From NCBI RefSeq assembly GCF_009914755.1, contig NC_060941.1: 64,000 bases of DNA. One strand, 5' to 3'. Source of the DNA: the human T2T-CHM13v2.0 reference genome, Homo sapiens. A program made the position numbers and the translations under genes. Each line of letters starts with the position of its first letter. Positions within the stretch are counted from its first letter, which is position 1. This document shows positions 1 through 13,400 of this stretch, in pieces. The notes under the pieces were generated by a model. The model saw only the letters and a program-made list of their open reading frames with translations. It did not search any database and was not told the origin of the DNA.

Positions 1-917
1 GTCTCATGCTTAGTTCTGCTACCTATTTATTGTAAGACATTAATTTAGTCAGATTTTTTTCTATCACCTACCAAACAAATTTTGTCTTTGATGTCCAACA
101 ACTAAGGACAAAGAAAAAGAACTAAATAGGCAAGATACATGTCCCTTTAATATATGAAATCTATTTCTAGAATAAGCATAAACTCTAAAAGTTTAGAGCT
201 GGAAAGGATCTTAAAGATTATTTAGTTCTCCCCCAACTCTACACCAACAGATGAAAGATTAAGTGACTTGCTTTTACTTAAAATGATCATAAGGTGCCTA
301 GGGACTTTTCATATACCCCAAGGGGGCAACTCAGTAATCCCAAATACTCACCAATGATAATTTTTAAATGTTTAATGTATGTCATAGAGTTTACTAACTT
401 TAGAGTAAAATAACCTAATGTCACAGTGGATCGGTACATTCTTCTTAAATGGTTCTCTATATGCCTCATATCATACTAAAATCAACACATTTTAGGGAAC
501 AGGAATAACACACATTTATGACTAAAGTCAATAATAAGAAAATAGTACTAGAAACAATTTTTGCTAAATAGATATGATATTCAAATACTCTTCACCTTCT
601 ACATAAAAGGTCTTAGTATTTATTTCTTCCCTTATGGAATGCAGTTTGCGAAGAATTAAAATCAAGCTAGTTGAGATAAATTCAAACAAAACTTCCAATA
701 TGTTGAATTCTGTTTAAAGCTAAATTTACTGTTTTAACTAAAATTTAACAGGGACTGATTGGTACATTTTAGAAAGTCAGTTTACAATCTGAAAAAAAAA
801 AGCCATGGTATCTAGTCATTCTAGACTCCTAAAGAAAATGCTAAAGATGAGTATTAAACACACAGGAATATAACAACCTGTAATTAACTGATAACAGTAA
901 AAATTTAGAAGGTATGA

Positions 918-1242
<325 letters not shown>

Positions 1243-1397
1243 TGTAGTACTTCTTTCTCTAACTTTAAGCTACTTGAAGTTGCCTGGGTTAAAATTTAAT
1301 ATTTTTTCATTTGTTTTTTCTTTAATCATAGGGAATCTGAGACAGAATTACCACAGTCATTTGAATGACTCTTGAAAAAATGAAAATCAGCACTTTA

Positions 1398-1566
1398 GGC
1401 CAGGAATGGTAGCTCATGCCTGTAATCCCAGAGCTTTGGGAGGCAGAAGTGGGAGGATGGCTTGAGCCCAGGAGTTCAAGGTTATAGTAAGCTCTGATGG
1501 TGCCACTGCACTCCAGCCTGGGTGACAGAGAGAGGTGACAGAGAGAGAGACCCTGTCTCTAATGAC

Positions 1567-1625
<59 letters not shown>

Positions 1626-1642
1626 AAAAGAGAAAATAAATA
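1398..1642 (+). mobile_element. Alu monomer (FAM/FRAM-like) with (GAAA)n tail
   Basis: Single-arm Alu sequence; TSD AAATCAGCACT on both sides. Confidence 0.75.
1567..1626 (+). repeat. (AGAA)n tetranucleotide microsatellite, about 15 units
   Basis: Pure repeat read directly. Confidence 0.95.
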
Positions 1643-2931
1643 AATCAGCACTCTAATGCATTTATGCCTACACCTACATCTGGCATTCAATACACAATGC
1701 CTCCTGCTGTTTAAGTTGATTCTCCTCAGTTGGACAAGGCTAAGGTGTTGTGTTGCTCTTTGAATTACTATAGTATCTGTCACAGAATTTGGTACAAATA
1801 GGAAAACCACATTATAAGGCATCTAGAGAATCCAGTGCCCCTTCTAGTCTTGGTAAGATTCTTAGCCTAGACTTTATAAAGAGGTGATATTGCTCTGAGA
1901 AGATCCAGGACTACAGACCACCTGATGTGCAGTGATTCTGTGGCAGAATAAATGACACATGCACCACGTAAAGTATTGCTAAACTGTGGTGAGGTATTTT
2001 TGGTCTGTTCACTTATTTTAAAGTATGCCTGTAGTTGACTAGGGATCAAAGAGGAAAGAGACCCTGCGGCAGTCTATATCTTCTTAATGGAATGTTCAGG
2101 GGGAAATCTCTGCTGACATGTGCTTTTTAATTTCCCTGCAGTGACCCCAAAAGGTTTATAATAAATAAATAAACTATGCTAAAAATATTGGCCAGTAAGA
2201 TATAGCAGCAGATTGGAATTCTTTGATAAGCACTAATCTGAGTTCAATTCTTCATATATAAAATGAGAAGACTGGACTGATTGTTTTTTCTAGCTTGAAA
2301 TTTGATGATTATATTTCACAAATGGAATATTCTGCCACTTTTCCCTCCCCTCCATCAAAACTGTATTTTACTCTAAGAATGGAAAACTGAATAGGACTTA
2401 ATTCCAATATAGAGCCAATACAGTCCTTCAGAAGTTAAAGAAACTTGACCACAAGAATTTTAAAGTCAGATCATCAATATAATTCCAGGTAGAAGATATT
2501 AAAATGAGGGAACACAAAGCCTAGATCATATAAAAGATGTTTTTTGTTGTTTTAAAGTAGATAATACAAAAGACTGTAGAAAATGGTTTGGGGGAAAAAA
2601 CGAATGGAAATCTATACTTTTTTTTTTTTTTTAAATAGCAAAATAAGTAGACTTATAAGGCCTTTAGTCTCATCTGAATTATTCTACAGAAGTAAAATAC
2701 CAACAGTGTTTCTCAAATGTCATATATTTATATATGTATAACAATACCTTTTTGATACACTAGCACGCACAAAAGTGATAGGTACATAATAATTTAATGT
2801 GCTATTTAAAATTACAGTTGTATTATAGTCAATTTCCATCATGACAGGGTATTCTAGATTTAAAGCAACAACAACAAACAGGAGTCGTGAAGATAGTTAT
2901 GCTGCCTCTGCTTTAGATTCAGAGACCAGAA

Positions 2932-3239
2932 TTTTTTTTTTTTTTTTTTTTTTTTTGAGACAGGGTCTCATTCTGTCACCCAGGCAGAAATACAGTGGCA
3001 CAATCTTGGCTCACTACAACCTCTGCCTCCCAGATTCAAGCGATTCTCCTGCCTCAGCCTCCTGAGTAGCTGGGACTACAGGTGTGCACTACCACACCCA
3101 GCTAATTTTTAAATTTTTTGGTAGAGACATGGTTTCACCATGTTGGCCAGGCTGGTCTCCAACTCCTGACTTCAAGTGATCCACCTGCCCTAGCCCCACA
3201 AAGTGCTGGGATTACAGGCGTGAGCCACCACACCCAGCC
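2932..3239 (-). mobile_element. AluS-type element
   Basis: Full Alu; TSD AGAGAC(C/A)AGAATTT. Confidence 0.9.
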
Positions 3240-5356
3240 TAGAGACAAGAATTTCTAAATATTGTAGTCTAACTTCTTATCTTGAGGAATAATGCACCAG
3301 GCCTTTGTGCTTACAATTTTAAAAAAACCTTAGTTTTTAAATCATTTTGGTTACTCTGGTGTTTCCAAATTTGTAAATTAAACACAGATTCCAATATATT
3401 AAAAAGTATAGAACAAAATAAAATTTATCCATGAACTGTAAGTTTAGAACCCAGATAAAAAGAGTATGTAAAGTAGCTTATCTGTTATTCAAAACAAGCA
3501 AGCAACAACAAATCTTGGCTTTAAAAAATATATAAAGTTTTCCATTAGAGCAAATAGAAATTTAAGGGCCTAAAGAACACTGCCCTAGGGAAAGCAATGG
3601 AGCTTAAAGACTGGAAACTAAAGACACGGGAAGAAAACAAAGTTAAAGTTTGTTTTATACCCTCAGTTTTCTGAATGTAGTAACTAAATAGACACATAAA
3701 GCCACGACGGTTCTACTAATCTCAAAACATGTGAGTAAAATATCCGTTATTCTTAAGGGCCTTTCAGTGGAACCACCATGCTGAAGGGATTGTAGGCATT
3801 TCTTGAATTGATGCAGTTTCACTTCATATTTGGAGAGCAGAATTCATTTACTACACGTAAGAAGATCTTTGTCAGACATCAATTTTTACTTCTGGAGTTC
3901 CTTCACCTAAGGTCAGGCCACTTTCTTATAACTGCATCACAATATTGTTGTCTGTCTGACTTTAAGTAATACATACAAGTACTTTTCAAATTAAGTAAAC
4001 TGAAGGTAAATTTGTTTTGAGAATTTGGTTTAATTTCTTGAAATAATTGGGATTATGTTAGGATAGTTGCTTTTCATCTGGAGTCCTTAGATCTCTAGAT
4101 ATGTCTTAGAGAGTCAACTCACTGAGATTTTATGCAAAATTGTGTATGTTAAGTATTTGTGTGTATTTTGTGCCTATGGTCAATAACAATGATCACATTC
4201 TCAAAGGGGCCTGTGGCACACACAAACAAGATTAAAAACTGTGCTTTAGGGTATCTAAAAACCAGAACGGGTAATCACAAATTTAAGTACTAAGAAGGTA
4301 AGGTCCTTTGGATGCACGCTAATATCCTAAAATCAAAGGTTTAAAATCAGGACCTGAATAAATCATTCTTGGAAAACCAAAATATCCTAAACAGCAAGGT
4401 TTAAGCTATCAAACTAAAGAAAAAATTTAAAAATCCTGTGTAAAGGAGCACCTTAAACATACTGATTACAGCCATATTTATGATTTTGAAATAACAACAC
4501 ACGAGGCTGTTGGTAAGTCAGAAGAGTAAAGGAACATAGCCTGCTATATCAAGCCACACACACTCAAAATAATCCACCTTATAACATACTTTAAAAATGT
4601 GATAAGCATGTTTTATTCTAGAGTGATCTCCCAGCCATCAGAGTTACTCAATACCACAATATTCATTATATTCATTAATAAATATTTACTGAGTACCCAC
4701 CATGCCCAAGGAGTAAGTATACTTAGGTGCCATTCTCAGGGATACAGCTTTGAACAAAGGAGACAAAAATCCTTGCTTTCACAGAACTCATATTCCACTG
4801 TGGGGAGATAGACAACTACAAAACTGAAACATTACAGCATGCCACGTCAATAATTCTGTAAAGAAAAATGAAGCAGGAAAGGAGAATATGAGTCCTCAGG
4901 GAAATAGGAAAAGACCTTTAGGATTTCCACTCAGTAGAACTGACCCCTGAGGAATCCACATCTTCAGATTCCTTAAAAATTGATTACTCTCCTATCTCCT
5001 GCAAACCAGACTGGCTCAGTCTCTGTGCAACTTTGTTCTTAGATGATTTACTTTCTTTCTCTTTCCCAATATATTTCCTTTTCTGTAAAATGGAGTTAAT
5101 ATCACCTGTTCTTACGTGGCTCCAGGTATTGCAAATCATTTTAAGCTTCTTGGAAGAAAATTTCTACATAAAGTTAATGGAATATCATTCTCACAGCCTT
5201 CTCTAACAATATCCTGCTACCAATTCTGGTTCCTAACAGGATATTACTCATCTATAACATTTTAAAAAATCTACTGTAATTAGCAATTTGAAAGGGATAA
5301 AAGGGAAAAAAACATTTAAAAAATCCAATAAACTCTTTCCAATGAACAAAATGTAA

Positions 5357-5770
<414 letters not shown>

Positions 5771-8700
5771 AAGTAAATTATGGCTAGTTTTGGGCTAATT
5801 ACAACACACACACATATATACATACACACTTTACTATAATACAAAACCCAAGGAAGTACCTACCCCCCCAGCCCCGCCCCCCACCAACCGAGAGTCTGCC
5901 AAATGAACACTAAATAGCCTGATGGGAGCAATAGCCAGGGACATATTTCATTCATTACCTCCTATTAACCAGATATGTACGAAGCTGAACTTACAAATTT
6001 TTGTTGGATACAAATTTTTGTTGAAGTACAGAACTGTGATATATATAAATCTGTTTGATGATAACTTATAAAAGAGATATCTTCTTAACTTGAAAAATTA
6101 TCATTAAAAATATTCTGCAGCTTCCTTCTATTCTCTGGGTGCCAGGCTTCTAACAACAAGGCCAAGTCTAGAATAGAAGACTCTAAAAGCCATGTCAGGA
6201 AGGCTCTGAGCTGGGATCACAGGAGACAAGCACCTAAGAATGTTTGTGCGCACAGAGGAACTGTGTCTGATGGTGTACTCCTGACTACATTCCAAAGTCA
6301 GTAATTAATTAATTGGATTTTCTGCACCTTCATTTACATAAGTAACAGAGTTGATCATACTTTGAATATCTACTCTGTACTTCTTTTAAAGGCTGGCATC
6401 AAAACAAAATCACAAAATTTCTATTTCAAAATTTCTTCATAGAAGGAACTCTAACTTGAGCAATGCCAGTTAAATGCATGCTATGTCAGTGTTTATTATT
6501 TCAGGTTCCTATATTAGATAACTTAACCTAGACTTTTAAAATGAAGAGAAAGGTGATGAAACATGTTACATTATAAGGGAGATACTGAGTAAACAGACAT
6601 TGTGATTTACTAGTATCTTTGCAAATGAAACACAAAATGAGAGAAATAGAAGAAATACAGAGATTATTAGAAGGTAGCAGGATATGATGCACTCTGGATC
6701 AATCTCAGATAATGGTACTCATCACTTTCATTCCTTTCTACTCTGGAAATAAATTTTTTATACAAAGCCTATACTGATATTCTCTTCATCTGTGGCATTC
6801 TTACATATACAGAATTTTAGAGCTGGAAAAGCATGGGCTCTGCAGTTCAAGTTCCAGCAACACCACTTACTAGATAATAATAGTTAATACTTTGACAGAT
6901 ATTAACATTTTAATCCTCAGTTTCCTTATCTGTAAAATGTAAAAAATAAAGGTACTGAATTTCTTCTCTCATAAAGTTATTATGAGAATTCAGTGAGCTA
7001 ATACATGTAAAGTGCATGTAAATAGCACAAGTTTGGCAATATTGTATTTTAATTCCTCAACTTCACAGCCTGGGAATCTGAAGCCTAGAAAGGTAAACAC
7101 TATTTTGTCCCAAATCACACAACTATTAATATTTAGTGTCAGCATATTCTTCTGTGTGTAGAACTAAAAGTCAAGCCCCCCAAGTCACAGTTTAGACACT
7201 TTGTCAACTATAGTTTGCAATATAGGACTGTCTCTCTAGCTTTGGCCAAAAACTTAAAGTTTCAGGTCCTGCCTACAAATAATGTAAAAATGCAAAGATG
7301 GGATAACTATGTGTTGACTAACAGATAAAATTAAGAGGCAAGCAGAGACATTGTGCAAAGGGGAATTTCTCCAGGAGGTGCTCACTGCTACTGGCCAAGT
7401 GCTAAACTACTGCTGCTCCCATTGTAGGTCTGAAGACTCAGGGGAATACATTTTAATCTTGATCATAACTTTATCCTGGAGTCTAAGAAAATCCAGGATA
7501 ACCAGCTGAGCAGGAAGAGTGTGATAGAGAATTGGTGACCTCTTTGTGCTACACTAAGATCCTCTTACTCTTTTGCTCTGAGAAGAAAGATTAATTTTGA
7601 GTTGTCCCTTGAAATAATATTTATAAATGATAAACAGGATTGAGAAATAAAATATGACTGTAATCATTTTTAGAAGTGGTGGCAATAATATTGCTTGAAA
7701 TAAAAGAAACAAACATTGATAAGAGGTAACCAAACCAGAAAACCGGAAATTAGACAATGAATCAGCTCCAACACTTTCCCTTCTACAATGGTATAAACCA
7801 GGAGAGAAAGAATATATTCCAATGTGAATAAAAACAGTAAGAAGTAATCACTATCATTTAGTCCTTTTTATCAGTCACCGCCAGGTAATTAGGAGATCTG
7901 AAAAGTTTCCTTGACCTAGATTTTTGATGGCTATTAAAATACCAATCCAGAATAGCAGTGGAAGGTAATCCTAAATATACAAATTCAGTGGAAAACAAAA
8001 GAAAAATAAAAGAGTGGAAGGAAATCAGAGAAGAGGAAGAGACAAATATTTTGGCAAATATAGGGGAAACCTAAGAATTAGATACTTTAAAGACAATGAC
8101 AAACCTGCAAAAAGAGTTGGAATGATACAGTAATATAAAGAAGCAACTCTTGGGGAAAATAATAAAATTTGGACAGGACTAAAATGAGATGTTCTGAAAT
8201 GGAAAAGAGAGGACTTGAGAAATAGAAGGGCAAAGGCAACACCATTTCCTCTTCTATTTTGACTTTCTTCTAGCGCTTTTAGAAGAATATTACAATTTAT
8301 AATTTTGAACATACCTTGTAAAATGAATCATTACTATTGGCAAGGAGAAACCTAAGCACAAAGACTGAGAGATAAGAATCAGAACAAAAATCATCAAAAC
8401 TTGACTTTTAATGCCCTTATACATACAGCCATCAGATAAAGTTGAGACAAAATTCTTTTAGAGGCAATTCTATGGTCTATTTTACTATTCAACAAATTGG
8501 GGGCACATTGTCAAGGGGGGGGGTCTCCTTTTGTCTAAGAAAAAATTAAAATCATAATACAAATGAAAATTCAGTCAGTTTGGTCCTTATGAAATTGTCT
8601 ATACACTGAATTAATTGAGCAAAATGTAAAGAAATGTCTGATTTTCAGAAATTATCTCAGAATTCCAGAAATAACAACATGGTTTTTTTTTTTTTAAATC

Positions 8701-8949
8701 ACTGTTCTCATAACTGTACATTTTTTGGTACATACATAGCATCCTCAAGTTTAAAAAGATTTGACTGCAATCTTTGGAGACAAATAATCTTAACAGGTAA
8801 CTACAACAATTCATAGGTAGAAGGATTCACAGAATTATCCAGAATTCCTCAAAACCGAAGAGAAGACTACTTTTAGATTTCTGACACCAGGGTACAGCTC
8901 TCCATTGAGAAAGCTAAAGTTCAGCAAAGCACATCTCTAGAAGATATAA

Positions 8950-9710
8950 ACAGAACTTCAGTTAAATGGAAGGCTTGGCTAACCACAGTTGAGTAAACCT
9001 GAGTTGCAGTGTAATCTGATAAGGAACAAACAGCATGGATTCCAGAAGTGTAAACCATGTGTCCCTAACACACTAGAGTTCTTTGAAAGAATTAATCAAA
9101 GAATGGATAAAGAAAACCATATATATAATTCAGAAGCTTGTTTTTTAAAAAAGTTTCTCACAAGAGGCTGTTGAAAAACTTTAATAACTGTTGTAGATTA
9201 AAAATTGATTAACAGACAATAAACCGAAACCAATATGGAAAGTATCCAGAAATGAATACTAAGCTAGTGAAAAAACTTATTTAAAGACCTAAACGAAGCA
9301 TATGTGGACAGAAAGGAGATGACTAAAAATTGCCAATGACATAAAACTATCCACTGTAAAGGCTGAAAGTCTTTGCTAAGTTATGATGAAATTCCCTCTT
9401 CACAAAGTAAAAGCAATACTTAATGTATAATGATAGGATCAAAGTTAATAGTTTAAAAAACAAAATAGATTGGTAAGATTTGCCAGAGTGAGAAAAACGA
9501 TAGAACAATAGAAGACATGATAAAGATTGATAAAATAATGAATGGCAAAGAGAATGCCAACTGGTGCTGTTTGTTTACTTTTTCCTTTATGAAAACACAA
9601 ACTTTATGTAGAGCTTTATGATAATAAGATTAAAACTTAAAAGAATACATTATTTTATGGAACACATAATTAGCCCACTGAACATGCTATCACAGGTTAT
9701 CAATAAGGCA
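8950..9710 (+). mobile_element. Ancient CR1/L3-type LINE ORF2 (reverse transcriptase) fossil
   Basis: Ordered degenerate motifs: QHGFQKCKPCVPNTLEFFE (9031-9087), KIANDIKL (9326-9349, cf. KFADDTKL) and EDMIKIDKIMNG (9512-9547, cf. GDMIEVYKIMxG). Confidence 0.75.
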
Positions 9711-11185
9711 CGTATGGCTCTCAAAAACTTCAGTGATATCAAAATATGACTAGCAAAATTACTTACGGTCCTAAAATGGAGCACACAATTCATGCTTCAG
9801 GGTATTAACTAGGCAAGGCCAGGAAGGAAGTTTCCTTTCCAATTGCCATAGTATTCAAGATGATTTATGAGTTCAGCTTTTAAGTATTCCTAATTCCATT
9901 TTAGAATCCAAATTATCTTATTCAAAAAAATCTTATGCCATTTTTCCAGATATACTCTTCTTTCCTATTTTTCTAAATAGCAAAGCCTTCCATTTTCACC
10001 TAATTCTCCTTCACTTCATTTATCCCAGCTTCAAAATATTGCCTAAGAAGTGATAATGAATAACCACTAAACCATATATTAAAGAATACATGTTTGGGAA
10101 TAAGTTCTATAATCTGTTAAATTTTCCTATCTTCTTTAAGTAGACAAAAATTAAAATTCATACAATAAATTGGTTCTGTTCATAGTCTGTTCATACCACA
10201 AAATTAAAATTTGAGTTTGGATGCTAAGATGGATCACACTTAAGAATATTTTAACCTGTGTCCAGTAGCTACAGCAAGAAGTGTTCTTTTACATGATAAA
10301 TTTCAATCAATAAGCAACATCATTTTATGGAGTAAGACAATGGAATGCCCATTAAAAAGGTATAGCCCTCTAGGCTCTGTCTTTACTATGGGGAATGAGC
10401 AATTGGTCTATGAAATGCTGTGCCCCCAGTCATTTCATAAATTCACCACATAAAGAATAGGCCATGTATGAATGACTTACAGGCAAAATTCACAGCCTGA
10501 AAGCCTAAGAAACTATGTCTGAAAAACTTGGCGGATCAGTAAAAAACATGTTAAATTTAAATTCCTGAAAATGATAAAATTATGTGTGGACAAGGCCAAA
10601 GTGATCAGGAGGCAGGTTTACACCTTGTGTCCATTTTGTAATCCAGTCCTCTCCATTTTGGGGTTAGCAATAGGGTGCCACACGTGGTGTAAGGCCAGCC
10701 ATAGCATTCAAGCTTGACTGAATTTTAAGTGACACAGTAATCAAATATGCTCCAAGGGCATTCCAGAATTTCAGGTGCTGCTGACCATTAAAATCAACCT
10801 TCTTAGTGCTTACTTCAATTTAAACAGGATGTAAAATACAATCCTCGCATCAATTAAATATAAGCTCATATATTTCATCTATCAAAAATTAGTGCCCAGA
10901 ATATATCACTTGAAAAAAAGGTATTATTATGTCTATCTAAGTAGTTATGCAACACCAGTTTAAAATAAGCAGATAATCTTCTAAAATATAGGATTTATGT
11001 ATTTCCTCCAGAGTATAAAATAATAATTTGCTAAATTTAGAATGCCAATAAGGCAGTATCTACTCTTTCTATGAAATAGAAAGCTAAGCAGTAGAAGCCC
11101 GTGTATGGTATTTCATTTGGGAGACAAAAGAAGAAAGACATATTTCAAACAGATGGAAAGTGAAATATAATAAAGTTATACTTGC

Positions 11186-11437
11186 CTGCATTAATTTTCC
11201 TTCTGCTGGAGTTATTTCAGCAACACCAGCAAACACACCTTCCAAAGTGAGATTCAGTTTTCCTGTGGGGTCCATTTTCAAGGGGATCACTCTGATAATA
11301 GCTTTCTGTTCTGCTGATCTTTCAGACTCCACCGCTGCTGCCAGTACCAGTCCTGTGCGTCCAAAGCCTGCCTGCAGGGTAGCCATCAGCAGCCAGGGCC
11401 AGAGGGCAGCCAGCTGCAGCTGGTGGCCACCACTCAT
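11186..11437 (-). CDS. RNF43: RNF43 first coding exon (exon 2), aa 1-84: signal peptide and start of the ectodomain of the transmembrane RING E3 ligase
   Basis: Translation [26 protein letters not shown]...AEGKLMQ is the recognisable RNF43 N-terminus. ATG at 11437-11435; 252 nt, phase 0, ending at CAG|GCAAGT. Confidence 0.97.
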
Positions 11438-11822
11438 GCTACCAGCTGCAGCAATGCACTTCAACCATACATACTGCTTCCACTAGCTAATACCAAATGC
11501 AGGTTCTCAGATCCAGACAAATGGAGGAAAAGAACATTTATGCTTCCGTTTCAGAAAGCCAAGTCGTAGTTTTGGCCCTTCCTTTCTCTAAAGTTTATTC
11601 CCAAAAACAGGTAGCATTCCTGATTGGGCAGAGAAGAGGATATTTTCAGCCCACATCTGCTGCAGGTATGTCATTTTCTCCCATCTTCACTGTGACTAGT
11701 AAAGATCTCACCACTTCTCTTTGGAATTTCCAACTTTGCTTGTGATTGAATGTCACTTCGTGAATTTGTATTATGTCAGATCACTTGGCATTGCTCTTCC
11801 ATATGCATCAAGTTGCCAGGCA
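11438..11822 (-). other. RNF43: RNF43 exon 2 5'UTR portion (385 nt)
   Basis: Acceptor TTTTGTTCATGAACATTGGGTTTAG|TG with AG at 11824-11823, consistent with the remembered c.-385 exon start. Confidence 0.8.
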
Positions 11823-12876
11823 CTAAACCCAATGTTCATGAACAAAACAAGGCAAAGTAAACAGCTAAGGCCATGCATCAAAGGTGAGCGTGAAGAACTC
11901 CAGCTCAGAAAAGGAAGGGATGGCCCTTTTTAAGCCATAATATGTGTTAATGGTAAATGACTAAATACCACAAGGAGATTTTTTTTTTAATGGAGGAGAA
12001 GAGGGAACAATAATAAAAATTTCAGGCCACACGTTGATGTCCAAAGATGCTACAATATGTATTTAGAAAAGTTTCCACATTAAACTGTATTTCAGTGTGG
12101 CCAGGTTTCTAGGCCCACTGCATTTACATACTTTTCATGAACTTAGACATACCATAATTTTTTGTGTTTTACCAAAATTTGCCTATAAATTAGGTGCTAA
12201 TTTATGTATCTTCACACATTACAGGATAATCCTGAGCATCACAACCTTTTCCAACTTTCATAATTAGAGTATTTGAAAAGGTTAGCTTTCCAATTATTTT
12301 TCCCAGTTAAAATTCATATTTCCATCTCCATTTTCTTTTCTCTCTTAAGGATTCTTGATTTTATTCTCCAGCTCGGAAATGCCGAGCACTTTGATTTCCC
12401 ATGAGATGCTTTTGGAAACTACTTTAATATCCAGATTTTATGATCTGTAATTTTCTAGGTTCATAAGAAAAACAAAGGACTATTCCTCACATGTATCCAA
12501 ATTCCCTGAGGGGGTAGGGAATAAAAGGTAGGGGGAGCAGGGAGGCGATTAACCACAGGCTCTAGGTAGAATACCCTGAAAAAATACAAATAATCTTGAG
12601 TAGAATAGATCTGTGCTATTTCTAGGCACTATGAAAATTTGCGTCTTTGTACAAACACAGAATAAGATTTTTAAAATGTGCACCCTTAAGTAAATATAAA
12701 TACACCTCACCCACAAAGCCCTCTGTGTTCCAAGGTCAAGTTTAAAAATATTATAAAGTCTTCAGAATAAGTGCTGAAAAGCCAAGCAATTGAACATGAA
12801 CCTGTTATATGGATTCTTTTCTTTTGCTGAGGCAGAGGGAGCGGGGAAAAAGGAATTTCAAAAGAAATCTGCAAAC

Positions 12877-13400
12877 CTGTTGCGCTGTCGGGCCCACTGG
12901 AATCCACGGGGGTGAAACAAATTCAATTATGCTTTTACAGATCCTGCTCAAAAAAGGTTTCAACTGCTTAACCAAGTACAGCTCATTCTTCCACCTTCTT
13001 ACTCTGCAACCAAACCAAGTGCCCCATACTACAGGTAGGTGCCGAGAAATTCCGCAGCCTGAAAAAATAATCCATGCAGGTCAAAGGCAGAAATTTACTC
13101 CGGGATGAGAGATGCTGTCCCCTAGAACTAAATTAAACACTTACAGAAAATCCAAAATCATTTCTGAAACCTCCTTGCTAACAAAAGTTCTTTTTTTCTC
13201 CAAACAGCATATAAAATGATCAAGTCTTGAAAGAGAAAAGAAGCAAAGTAGCAAATACATCAACAATTCACTATCAGAAACACATAAAATCCCAGAGAGA
13301 GAGAAGGCAGTATCTCTGAATCATGGATGGACTTGGAAAGTTCGGAAGGATTCCGAGTGCTTCCTTTCAGAAAGACAATTCTGGATCAACTCCCTAGAGC
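12877..13400 (-). other. RNF43: Probable RNF43 non-coding exon 1 (5' end approximate)
   Basis: Repeat-free unique sequence upstream of exon 2. Candidate donor ACAG|GTTTGC at 12877/12876; an alternative donor TGG|GTGAGG lies at 12711/12710. The TSS cannot be read from sequence. Confidence 0.5.

Noticed and set aside
11084-11464. 126-aa ORF as a complete protein
   Set aside because: It starts at a TTG and runs through the GC donor into intron; only 11186-11437 is RNF43 coding sequence.
11160-11933. Chain of plus-strand ORFs (108, 82 and 70 aa) opposite RNF43 exon 2
   Set aside because: These are antisense shadows of the exon with no recognisable protein features. An antisense lncRNA may overlap here, but the sequence alone cannot support it.
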